Shown: piece by piece, positions 37,922 through 48,917 of the stretch
Layout of the letters: each line of letters begins with the position of its first letter
Position numbering within the stretch: position 1 is the stretch's first letter
Assembly (NCBI RefSeq): GCF_001194135.2
Contig: NC_069004.1
Span: 31,012,461-31,065,870 of the forward strand
Reading direction: 5' to 3'
Source of the DNA: Octopus bimaculoides
Lineage: Eukaryota
DNA: 53,410 bases
Notes under the pieces: model-generated
What the model saw: only the letters and a program-made list of their open reading frames with translations
Databases searched by the model: none
What the model was told of the DNA's origin: nothing
Program-made: the position numbers and the translations under genes

Positions 37922-38233
37922 TTTACCGCTCACCAGATGGAGTATTTTTTCTGTTGACCATACCATCACAGAACAGTACATATATATGATGGGCTTCTTT
38001 CAGTTTTCATCTAAAAAAAAAAAACTGAAACACAGGAGTTTGGTCAGCCTAGAGTTAGAGAAGATACTCTCCCATGGTGTCACACAGTGAGAACTGAACC
38101 TGGAACCTTGTGGTTGGTAAGCAAATTTCTTACCACATAGCCACACATGTGCCTGTGATGATCCATTCAAAAGAATGGGAATAAAATAAGCATTACATCT
38201 GACAGAATGCTGAGGGACTCAAAAGAAAACTTG

Positions 38234-38403
38234 ATGGATGCCAACAGCTCCATAAAGAAGTACCGATCTCTCAAAGCAGTTGGAACACACTGAAGTGTTA
38301 GACTCAGGAAGACATGGGGTAAAGTACTGAAGAATGGCCTCAGGATGCTGAACCTTCAAAATAAGACAACAAAGGACCAAGATGCCTGGCACCTCACTGT
38401 ACT
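38234..38403 (+). mobile_element. RTE LINE C-terminal fragment
   Basis: MDANSSIKKYRSLKAVGTH*SVRLRKTWGKVLKNGLRMLNL..TKDQDAW resembles the GRPRKTW..V..DL..L..TKDR..W pattern. Confidence 0.7.
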
Positions 38404-38668
38404 CCACAGCAGAAGTGTTAAGATTGGTCCCACTGGTGGTGTAAAACACTCATAGCGGTGCCATGTAAAAGCCCCCAGCACACTTTGTAGAGTGGTTGGC
38501 ATTAGGAAGGACATCCTGCCATAGACACCATGGAAGATCAAACTGGAGTCCGGTGCAGCCAACTCTGGTCAAACCATCCAACCCATGCCAGCATGGACAT
38601 TGGATGAGGAGGAGGATGATGATGATGACACACACAAAACAAAAACACTGAAATTGTATTGTTATATT

Positions 38669-38674
38669 TTTATT
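38669..38674 (-). terminator. Candidate polyadenylation signal AATAAA for ATP synthase gamma
   Basis: First AATAAA on the minus strand after the stop codon (about 170 nt downstream); two ATTAAA variants lie about 25 nt upstream; followed by GT/T-rich sequence. Confidence 0.55.
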
Positions 38675-38843
38675 CTCTCCTCCCCTACTTTAAATTTAAT
38701 TTTAATGCTAGAAAAAAAAAATGGTCTTTTCTTTTTTTTTTTTGGATAAGTCATCTACAACAATGCAGCTTCTTCAGGTAAAAATGAACACGACCAGGTG
38801 AGAAAGAGAAGAGAGCTTCGTCTGTTAATAGATGGGAAAATTC

Positions 38844-38944
38844 TTACAAAGCTGCAGCACCAGATATAATTTCTATCAATTCTCTTGTGATGACGGCCTG
38901 CCTGGTTCGGTTGTAGGTCAATGTAAGTTTGTCAATCATTTCAC
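38844..38944 (-). CDS. ATP5F1C: ATP synthase gamma terminal coding exon 7 (101 nt including TAA)
   Basis: Acceptor ctgtttgattgcag|; [32 protein letters not shown]. Confidence 0.97.
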
Positions 38945-41900
38945 CTGCAATCAAACAGAAAATATATTTAAGCAAAGGCATGTGGTTTAGTGGTTAGGAT
39001 GTTTGGCTCATAATCGTAAGGTCAGGAGTTCGATTCCTGGTGGCATTTTGTGTCCTTGAGCAAGACACTTTATTTCATGTTGCTACAATCTATTCAGTTG
39101 GCAAAAATGAGTAGTACCCGTAATTCAAAGGGACCAGCCTTGTCACATTCTGTGTCATGCTGAATCTCTCTGAGAACTACGTTAAGGGTACGTATGTCTG
39201 GAGTATTTCTCAGAGATACAAGCACAAATAGGGAAAAGAGGGAAATAAAGAGGAGAGACAGAGGAAAGCAATGCCAGATTGATGAATCTAAGGCAAGCAG
39301 TACTTACCGGCATTCTTGGTGGCACCATCCATAGCAGTCATTCTTGAACTCTGTTCACTGCAAGCAGATTCCTTCATACCGTAAAACAGTTTACTGACCA
39401 GAGCGTATTCGTTATAGGAGACTAACACCTCCTCGTCTATACTGTCGTAGAGAGGCAATTTCTCTGACTGGTTAACAGCATCCAGGGAGAAGATGGGCAG
39501 CTGAGAAGTCTTGTATGAAACGACACTCCTACACGTAAATGTAAATAAAGGAAGATATGTAAAGCAGGTGGTGGCGAATCATTTTTATGAGTTGCTAAAG
39601 ACGCATAGCTTACTGGTTACGGTATTTGGCTTATGATTGTAAGGTCATTGGTTTCGATTGCCGACGGCCTGCTGTGGCCTTGAGCAAGACACTTTATTTC
39701 ACACGGCTCCAGTCCACTCAGCTGGCAAAAATGAAAAGTACCTGTATTTCAAATGGCCAGCGTTGCCACATCCCGTGTCATGCTGGAATCTCCCTGAAAA
39801 CCACATTAAGGACATGCGTGTCAGTGGAGCACTCAGCCACTTGCACATTTATGTCATGAGCAGGCTTTTCCGTTGATCGGACCAACTGGAACACACGTCA
39901 TAACTAATGGAGTGCCAGTGTCATATCCCATATGATACACAGGACAGGCAAAGGGAGTCAAGCTTTCTGCCAATTGTCATCTTTTAAATTTGTGGCCCCC
40001 CCCTCCCCTTACACTAATGAGTTGTCATCTTTGGCTCATTGTCAAAATATATCTTCATTGAGTCCTTCCTATAAATATTACTATGGTCACTGACAAGGAG
40101 CTTTCTGGCCTAGTACACACTGTCATGACCTTAACCCCTTAGCATTTAAACTGGCCATGTCAGGCCCAAATATTCTACCTGTTTTATGTTCAAACTGGCC
40201 AGATCCAGCCTCTCGCAACTGCCCCTACAATGTCATCCTAAAAATATATATCATCACATTGTCAAACTCTTGAAGCTACAAGATAATGCATGAATGGTTA
40301 ATTCTGTTAATCGTTATCTTTTAAGTTTGTAGGACCCCTTCTTTACCCCTTCTGCACCTCTCCAGCTCCAGCCAAACCACCTNNNNNNNNNNNNNNNNNN
40401 NNNNNNNNNNNNNNNNNNNNNNNNNNNNNNNNNNNNNNNNNNNNNNNNNNNNNNNNNNNNNNNNNNNNNNNNNNNNNNNNNNNNNNNNNNNNNGGTTGAT
40501 GCCAGCCCCTTCACCCCGACTGGCTCCTGTGCTGGTGGCACGTAAAAAGCATCATCCGAACGTGGCTGATGCCAGCTCCGCCTTGACTGGCTCCTGTGCC
40601 GGTGGCATGTAAAAAGCACCATTTGAAAGTGGCTGATGCCAGCTCCTCTGGCCCCTGTGCCAGTGACACGTAAAAAGCACCCACTACACTCTTGGAGTGG
40701 CTGGTATTAGGAAGGGCATCCAGCTGTAGAAACACTGCCAGATGAGAATGGAGTATGGTGCAGCCTCCTGGCTTCTCAGACCCCAGTCGAACCGTCCAAC
40801 CCATGCCAGCATGGAAAACAGACATTAAACGATGATGATGAATTCAAAACGACGTGAATAAACAAGCATTACATTTGACAGAGTAATCTGAAATGCTAAA
40901 GGGTTAAGCCATCCATCAGCTACATGTCAAGATGTGAAATTTTATTTTATCACATTTTAGAATCACCATCATTTGTCATTTTTATGTGTTTTCCTTTTCC
41001 CATGCTGGCATGAGTTGGATGAGACTCATCAAAGAAGAAAGCTACATAGGGTGGAGCAATAACGAGCTTAACTGTTTTCTTTCTGCAAGCCAATGTGCCT
41101 CACCTGCCACAGGCTTCCAAACACACCTGGACAAAGCCACATGCAAAAAAAAGGAAAAAAAAAAATATCACACTTACTTGAAATAATTGTAGAACAAGGT
41201 TCCATGATCGAACTTGTAACCAGAGTTCAAAATGGTGGAGGCCACCAACGAAGCATCAGCAAAGGTCGGCGGTTTCTTACCAACGTTACTGAAAACCAAC
41301 ATGATCTTGTCACTCATCACCCTGGAGAATAAAGAAAGAAGAAAAATATAAAGAAATACAAATAAACGGGAATTGCATCAGTCTCGCCCACAGTTTAATA
41401 CAGTGCTTTGCATAAGTGGATGGCACTGCTCTCCTAGGGATAGCAGTAGAAAATTTTTTTATGGGTAATGGAGACATAAAGGGGGCACTAGCAAGCAAGA
41501 GAGGGAGCTGTAGCGTTTTGTTTGAGTCCATTTGGAATTATGCCATGCTTGAGAAGACCCATCAAGCCAAGTAAAACCGCAGTCATGGCAGATACCAGTG
41601 TCATGCAAACCTACCTGTCCACTCAATACTCTTGCAAATTTACCTGTCCACTCAGCACTCTCACAAACCTACCTGTCCACTTGACACTCTTGCAAACTTA
41701 CCTGTCCACTCAGCACTCTCGCAAACTTACCTGTCCACTCAGCACTCTCGCAAACTTACCTGTCTACTTGGCACTCTTGCAAACCTACCTGTCCGCTCAG
41801 CACTCTTGCAAAACTACCTCTCCACTCAACACTCTTGCAAATTTATCTGTCCACTCGGCACTCTCGCAAACTTACCTGTCTACTTGGCACTCTCACAAAT

Positions 41901-43359
41901 CTACCTGTCTACTCAGCACTCTCACAAACTTACCTGTCCACTCAACTCATTTAATTCGCTTCGCTTACATAGACCCCCTTGTAACTTAAGGGTACACTCT
42001 AATACATCTCTCTCTCTCTTTTTCTAACTGGTGTAGCCATGTCTCTTCTCTACTGCAAGACACTTGGTTCTGTCCCTCTATTCATACTTTAACCTCTCAA
42101 TACCTGGCACAAAGCCACCTTCATCAATACAACTCCTGCCTCAGTCGGGGTGGGCCCCGTCTTGCAAGATACTTTGTGAACTCGCTGCTGCAGGTGCCAC
42201 ATAAAAAGTACCCAGCATGCTCTGTAAAGTGGTTGGAGTCAAAAAGGGCATCTAACCATAGAAACCATGTCAAAGCAAACGAGAAAGCTTGGCACAGTCC
42301 TCTGTCTAACTATCCAACCCATACCAGCATGAAAAACAAACACTGAATGACGTTAATGACAAATGATGATTTTGATGATGATGACAGCAATAATGATGAT
42401 GTAGCTGTTGCTACTGACGATGACAATGATGATGGTGATGATGACAGCATGCTTACCTGGCAAGGATTCCTCGAGATTTTTCACCAATAAGGACCAGTTT
42501 TGTGTCTACTCCTTCCTTCTTGTTGGCAATGGTATGTTTAATAGCTTTAGCCACACCTGTGTGGATGGCTCCACACAGACCACGGTCAGACGACACAGCG
42601 ATGATCAGGTGCTGAGGTTTCGAGTCATCTTGGTTGATTTCAGCTTTTTCAAAAAACTCTACAGAGAAGCAGACAGAGAGAGAGATCCAAGTTGAAGAAA
42701 GAGAACAGTGAAAGAATTATATCCTGCAGCCAACAGTCACACATTTGTCTAATCCCAGGCAAAATCAGAATTCTCTTTGTCCCCCATCGTGACTTCATAG
42801 CAAAATCCCTACCTGGGCCCTAATTACATTCATCACTAACAGGTGCAACTTCTTTTATTTTTAACCCCTTTTCCTTCAAACACTCCTGCTTGACAAGAGT
42901 GACCATTATTATTATTATTATTGTTGTTGTTGTTGTGACAAGCTGGCAGAATTGTTAGCACACTGGGCAAAATGCTTAAAAGTATTTTGTCTGCTGTCGC
43001 GTTCTGAGTTCAAATTCCACTGAGGTCGACTTTGCTTTTCATCCTTGGGGGGGAGGGGAGGGGGAGGGATTAAATAAGTACCAGTTACGCACTAGGGTTC
43101 ATGTAATCGACTTAATCCATTTCCCCAAATATGAGGCCTTGAGCTTCCAGTAGAAAAAATTATTACTATTGAAGTGCAGAGCTAGAGCTGTTAGCATGTT
43201 AGACAAAATGCTTAGCTGCATTTCTTCCAATTCTTTACGTTCTGAGTTCAAATCCTGTCATGGTCGACTTTGTTTTTTAGCCATTCAGGGTCCATAAAAT
43301 TAATACCAGTTGAGCACTAGGGGGCCAATGTAATCAACCAATCTCCTCCTCACAAAATT

Positions 43360-43403
<44 letters not shown>

Positions 43404-46400
43404 TTTACAAGCTGGTCGCTAACAAAGCAAGAAAGCTTTTTGAGTTAAGAGAGTTCCCGGTGTTTGTAAATATGTGGTTGAGTTGGTGTGTTGGTTGAAC
43501 TGTCGATGCATAACACCCAAATGTGTGCATTTATTCATCTAGAGCAGGCCTGGCCAACTCGAATCACATTGTGGGCCACTTTAATCACAGTAAGTTTTTT
43601 GAGGGCCGTTTGTATACTGACAGAATTGAAAGCAACAGTGCATGACTTATGTTCCCAGCCCCGCAGAACAATATCAGGTCTGCTATGTTGGCATTGAATT
43701 GATATTTTTATTGAGCTGTTCCAAAACTGAGCACCCAAGGACTAGATACTGGAATTTAAACTGGGTACCCAAGGACCAGGTGTTGGTGTTAAACTCAGCA
43801 CCAGAGGTACCACATATTGTTATTTAGTCCACCGCTAGAATCTGGTGCAAAATCTCTTTTAGATACATTCTTCAATAAAACAGTGAAATAAATAAATAAA
43901 TAAATGAAAAATAAAATAAATTTTAAAAATAACTACTTACCTAGTGATCCCAAGCCATAGGGGCGGGCAGGTTTCAAATCCTTCTCAGCCCGAGCAAATT
44001 TGGCAGCTGACACCATCTTCATGGATTTTGTGATCTTTTGAATGTTGCTCACAGACTTTAGACGAATACGAACTGAAAAGCAAAGCAATTAGACATTGGT
44101 ACACTTACTACTACTACTACTACTAGAGTGTTACACGACAGGTAAACTTGGAAGTATGCTTTTGTCACTTCAACCTGTGCTTGTGCCACATAAAAAGCAC
44201 TAAGTCCACTCTGCTGAGTGGTTGGTGTTAGGAAGGGCATCCAGCTGTGAAAATCCTGCCAAAACAGTCACAGAAGTCTGGTGCAGGCTTCGGCCTGGCT
44301 GGCTCCTGTTAAACTGTCCCACCCATGCCAGCATGGAACATGGATGTATGATGATGATGATGATGATGATGATGATAAGCAGTAACTATTAACTGTAAAT
44401 ATTATATATATTAGGAAAAGGTGTGGCTGTGTGGTAAGAAGTTTGCTTGCCAACCACATGGTTCCCGGTTCAGTCCCACTGCATGGTACCTTGGGCAAGT
44501 GTTTTCTACTATGGCCTCAAACCAACCAAAGCTTTGTGAGTGGATTTGGTAGACGGAAACTGAAAGGAGCCTGTCATATATATATCCACGTGTGTGTGTC
44601 TTTGTTTGCCCCCCCACACACACACACACCACTTGACAACCGGTGTTGGGTGTGTTTGTGTCCCTGTAACTAAGCAATTCAACAAAAGAGACTGATGGAA
44701 TAAGTACCACTTCTTTAAAAAAAAACAAGATGTACTGAGGCCAATTCATTTGACAAAAAAATTCAAGGCAGTGCTCCAGTATGGCCACAGTCTAGTGACT
44801 GAAATAAGTAAAAGAGAGTGGCTGTGTGGTAAGTAGCTTGTTTCGCAATCACATGGGTCCGAGTTCAGTCCCACTGCATGGCACCTTGGGCAAATGATTT
44901 CTGCTATAGCCTTGGGCTAACCAAAGCCTTATGACTAAAGGCAGTGCTCCAGCATGGTCGCTGTCAAATGACTGAAACAAGTAAAAGAGTAAAAGAATAA
45001 GAAATCCTTATACTTACTGTCCTTCAAGGTGGCCATGCCCCGAGTCTGCGCACTGTAAAACAAAATAACAGGTTAAGGAAATGCATAGCTCTGACCTTGT
45101 TTTATTAATGTATTTATGGTGTATATTTTGTCTGGTTGTATTTTTGCGTATTGAGATTAGGTCAGCTACCTCCACCTGCGTTCACCACTACCTCCTCCCA
45201 CCCATTATGCCTCTTTCACACTCTTCCGAACCTACCAACCCACTCACCCCGTCCAATTTTCCGTACCACTTATATCCATCTTCCTGGCACTTGAGGAGAC
45301 ACCCTGACCCATCTTCACCACCATCATCTTAATTCTCCAACTGGGGTAACCAAGTATGTCCTCCACTGCAAGACACCTGTTTCAGCCTCTCTATTGCACT
45401 TTAACCCTTTCGTTACTGTATTTCTGTTGAGATGCTCTGTGTTTCTTTCAATTACTTTAAATATAACAAAGAATTTAGTAAAATAACTTAGCTTTCATTT
45501 AGCTAGTGCTAGGAACATAAATTGTGACTAAAGTTTGGTGGAAGATTTTAATTTAAAACTTATGAAAACAAGACATTTGTACACAGAGCCAGAGCCGGTT
45601 TCAGCCGGGTTGGTAACGAAAGGGTTAAACTCTCATCACCAAGCATAAACCCACCTCATTCAATACTGCTCCTCCACTTCTGTCAAAGGGTTTCGCCTTG
45701 CAAATTCTTGGTGACCTTACTATTGCTGGTGCCATGTAAAAAGCACCCAGTACTCTGCAAAGAGGTTTGTGCTAGGAAGAACAGCTGGCCAAACTATGCC
45801 AAAGCAGATAATGGGGCTTGGCAGCCGGCTGACTTGCCAGCTCCAGTCAAACCATGCCAACCCATGGAAAACTGACATTAAATGACCATCATCATGATGA
45901 TACTAATATGAAATGTAACCAGAGTTAAAATCTCTACCACAATGAAGGTCTTACAACTTGAGCCTGCTTTTTCACTACGACAACACTATGACAAAAACCT
46001 AGCAACATAACCATTGTAACATACAATCTTGGGCGTAGGTAAAGAATACGCACACCTGGTGCTTATTTTGTCAATGCCAGACAGATGAAAGGTAAAGCTG
46101 ACCTTGGCAGGATTTGAACACAGCATGTCAAGAGCTAGAATAAATATTGCAAGGCTTTAATCATTCTGCCAATCCACTGCCCACATGGATTATTTCATCT
46201 ACAAGTCTTTTTTAACCTGTTTATTATTATTGTTATTATTATTATTATTGAAGTAGCATAATGGCAGAATCGTTAGTGCATCGAACAAAATGCTTAGAGG
46301 CGTTTCTTCCAGTTCTTTATGTTTTCAGAGTAAATTCCGCCGAGGTCGACTTTGTCTTTCATTCTTTCACCGTCGATAAAACGAAATACCAGTCAAGTAC

Positions 46401-46773
46401 TAGGGACAATGAAATCGGCTTGACAACCCCCCCTCATCCCTCAAAATGTCAATCCTTGTACCCACAGTAGAAAGAATTATTCTTATTGGTTGCTGTTTAT
46501 TATAAAATACAAATAAACCAAAATTAACAAGTGTATTGCAAAAGACCATTGATGAAGATGTAAATTATTTTCATAATATTGTGACCGAATCTTTTTAATA
46601 ATAATAATAATAATAATAATAATATACTCAGGTGTCGTGTACTTGTTTCGTTCTCACCCAACCTACATCAAAGTACAAACGGGGGCATTAGGATAGAAAT
46701 GTCACTCAGAACACCGTTTTTTCAAGAACTATAACGCATTTTGCCCTCGAGTCTGTTATGATGCTTTGTAGAT

Positions 46774-46833
<60 letters not shown>

Positions 46834-47450
46834 GTGTGTCTCCCGGAAAAGGTTGTGTCTAGTCTAAGAATTTTAAGGGTGTCTGGAGGAGAGTTTTTTT
46901 TTTTCAGCTCTTAACACCTACCCTCTCTCTACAGCTGGGTGTCAGACATGAAAAACGAGGGTGAAAAGAAAGTTTGAACATATTATACAGCACTGCACAC
47001 AATCTACAAACATTATTTAAATAGAATCTGTACACAGATGGTGTTTAAACAAACTTTAATAGCTGCATTGTCGGTGCAACGTATCGTCTGACCTTGTGCC
47101 CTTGCGAAAAAACTTAACTAGCATCCATCCATACATGATAATACAGCAACGAAAATTAAAGTAATAAATGCATATAAAATATCTCGGAAGATGAAAACGA
47201 AGAAAGCAATGATGCAGTAGAAATAAAATTGGGTAAATATGAAATGAAGCTGAGGTGGAAATATGTGATCGGGGACGTTTGGAAGGCGAGGTTATGTCAT
47301 TAACAGACATGTGTGTACTCTGGTGAAGAAAACCAGAGGTAGACGTGAAGGATATGGTGTGAGAATGAAAAAATAGTTTGTTTAGATTTAAAGACAGAAT
47401 GTTGTAACTGACCATTGTGGCGTGAAAAGCTGTACGGTTCGGCAGAACAT
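38844..47450 (-). CDS. ATP5F1C: Mitochondrial ATP synthase F1 subunit gamma, complete spliced CDS: complement(join(38844..38944,39308..39528,41178..41321,42457..42658,43941..44072,45018..45052,47413..47450)); 873 nt, 290 aa
   Basis: Manual translation: [290 protein letters not shown]. Hallmark gamma motifs ([44 protein letters not shown]) are present. Six GT-AG introns, phases 2,1,1,2,2,1, give an uninterrupted frame. Confidence 0.98.
39308..39528 (-). CDS. ATP5F1C: ATP synthase gamma coding exon 6 (221 nt)
   Basis: Acceptor atttacgtgtag|, donor CCG|GTAAGT; SVVSYKT...[17 protein letters not shown]. Confidence 0.98.
40135..40903. mobile_element. Second piggyBac-type MITE family with a nested family C insertion (intron 5)
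   Basis: TTAA flanks; TIR CCCCTTAGCATTT / AAATGCTAAAGGG (12/13); related copies at 3030-3227 and from 34179. Confidence 0.8.
41178..41321 (-). CDS. ATP5F1C: ATP synthase gamma coding exon 5 (144 nt)
   Basis: Acceptor ttctttattctccag|, donor CAA|GTAAGT; [12 protein letters not shown] motif. Confidence 0.98.
41606..41946. repeat. 29-bp minisatellite, 11.8 copies, ATP gamma intron 4
   Basis: Units start every 29 nt from 41606 to 41925; consensus CAAACTTACCTGTCCACTCAGCACTCTYG. Confidence 0.97.
42457..42658 (-). CDS. ATP5F1C: ATP synthase gamma coding exon 4 (202 nt)
   Basis: Acceptor tgcttctctgtag|, donor CAG|GTAAGC; contains [11 protein letters not shown]. Confidence 0.98.
43941..44072 (-). 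CDS. ATP5F1C: ATP synthase gamma coding exon 3 (132 nt)
   Basis: Acceptor ctttgcttttcag|, donor TAG|GTAAGT; [43 protein letters not shown]. Confidence 0.98.
44410..45000 (+). mobile_element. Two tandem SINE family A copies in ATP gamma intron 2 (antisense to the gene)
   Basis: Heads at about 44410 and 44815; the second copy is internally deleted. Confidence 0.8.
45018..45052 (-). CDS. ATP5F1C: ATP synthase gamma coding exon 2 (35 nt, [11 protein letters not shown])
   Basis: Acceptor ttttgttttacag|, donor ACA|GTAAGT; encodes the mature N-terminus ATLKD. Confidence 0.95.
45405..45624. mobile_element. piggyBac-type MITE (220 bp) in ATP gamma intron 1
   Basis: TTAA TSD at 45401-45404 and 45625-45628; perfect 12-bp TIR CCCTTTCGTTAC / GTAACGAAAGGG. 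Confidence 0.9.
47413..47450 (-). CDS. ATP5F1C: ATP synthase gamma coding exon 1 (38 nt, presequence [12 protein letters not shown])
   Basis: ATG in gccATGt context; donor ATG|GTCAGT; phase 2 fits exon 2; Arg-containing, acid-free presequence-like peptide; GC-richer flank with ETS motif upstream. Least conserved exon, so least certain. Confidence 0.82.
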
Positions 47451-47542
47451 GGCTATGTAACCTTGAGTTGATGTTGTGATCGAAGAAGATAGTTTAGCGA
47501 GGTCGTCTTGATGAGACCACCACTATAGTCCCGCACCACATC

Positions 47543-47551
47543 CACTTCCGC
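47543..47551 (-). promoter_or_regulatory. ETS/GABP(NRF-2)-like motif GCGGAAGTG in the presumptive ATP synthase gamma promoter
   Basis: Located about 93 nt upstream of the ATG. GGAAGTG ETS sites are typical of nuclear-encoded OXPHOS promoters (established in vertebrates; function here is inferred). Confidence 0.5.
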
Positions 47552-47819
47552 TACCGAAATCTTTAACCCAATTCGATTCCTTTTGCTTTAATATGAGAAT
47601 ATCTGAAATAAACTCGACTGCTTGTTAAACACGAAAACAGAAGAGAAAAAAACGAAGTATATGTGTATATTAAATTTTATTATTTTAGAATTAAAAATAT
47701 ATATTATATCCGGTGATGAACGGCAGATAATATCTTGCGTTATTCAGTTACGTCCCTTCATTTTTTTAGTTCTTTCTGTCGAAATTGGATGTAATCGACT
47801 GTCGTATCTTTGTATTAAA

Positions 47820-48900
47820 CACCCCATATTATCTAACCTCTCGTAACTTCTTTATTTTGGGGATATTTCAGAAAATTATTGCGAATCTCTGTTCTACGCA
47901 CGAGAATTCATACAATTATGCACCCCACCCCCATAAAAAATAACTTTTGGTGCGTGATTTAAGAGCTATTTAGCTATTATTTTTAGCGACCACCACATAC
48001 CCTCCTCGTATGTTTGTCATGACCCCCCGATCATATTGGATTGTCCCCTCTATGTGCGCCTCTAATAGGCAATAAATTAAGGGGCGATCTTACGGTCGCC
48101 AAAGGGCATACCCTCCTCGTATGTTTGTCAGCCTGAGGTATTGATATTTTTCAATTTATTTCTCCCCATAAACCCATCTAATGGTCTATTGCTCGAATTT
48201 AAGCAGAAAATACAGATTTTTTAAAAAATATAATTCTATGAATTTCCGTGAGTAGAATACAAATTCGCAAAACTTTTTCTGAAAATTACGAAATAAGTGG
48301 AAAAGTTATGAGGAGTCTTCATTTATTTGCCTCTTTGACATGTATTTATATTTTTCAATATTTTTCTCCCCGTAAATACATTTAACGGAACGATGATGCA
48401 TCCTAAGGTGGTCCATTGCTGGGATTTAAGCAAAATATTTGAACTGTCCGTATTTTAAACTTTGATTTGAAAAGAAACATCGAAAAAGAGTGTAACTTTT
48501 AGGATTTAAATAATTTTTCTTTCTTTCATAATCGTATGATTTCCTGTGTGCAGAATACAAATTCGTAAATTTTCGTAGTTATGAAGGGTTTTTATGGAGT
48601 TCCTAAACCGGGATTCCACCAAATGCTCCTGTTTTTCCTTACGTTATGACCAAATAAGTACGATCGCATTTAGAAACTTTTGAAATGGGATTCCTCCTAA
48701 GTAAGTTTATATCTAATTTTTTTTTCTTTTCTTAGTGATGGAAGATGAAATTCCATATTTCTAGAGAATTTTGAAAATTCTTCCTGGATACAAATTTTTG
48801 ACACTTGAATTCCGAACATATAGTGGAAAATACGGAGATATGGTAACTCTACCTCCAGCCTTAACGTAGGAACTTGATACTTGTATTAGAAATCATGGTT
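47820..48900. mobile_element. Probable non-autonomous DNA-transposon remnant with subterminal direct and inverted repeats
   Basis: 24-bp exact direct repeat 47996-48019 / 48107-48130; diverged direct repeats about 48140-48280 / 48345-48575; inverted copy about 47850-47915 vs 48229-48295. Confidence 0.5.
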
Positions 48901-48917
48901 AATGTTTGCTTTAACAC

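Noticed and set aside
38977-39050. tRNA-like sequences at SINE heads (also 7589, 39600)
   Set aside because: They lack a complete cloverleaf and continue into SINE bodies; not tRNA genes.
41522-42027. Two ORFs over the 29-bp array, and a superficial CRISPR-like periodicity
   Set aside because: The unit is not a multiple of 3, there are no unique spacers, and the array is intronic and antisense to ATP gamma for these ORFs.
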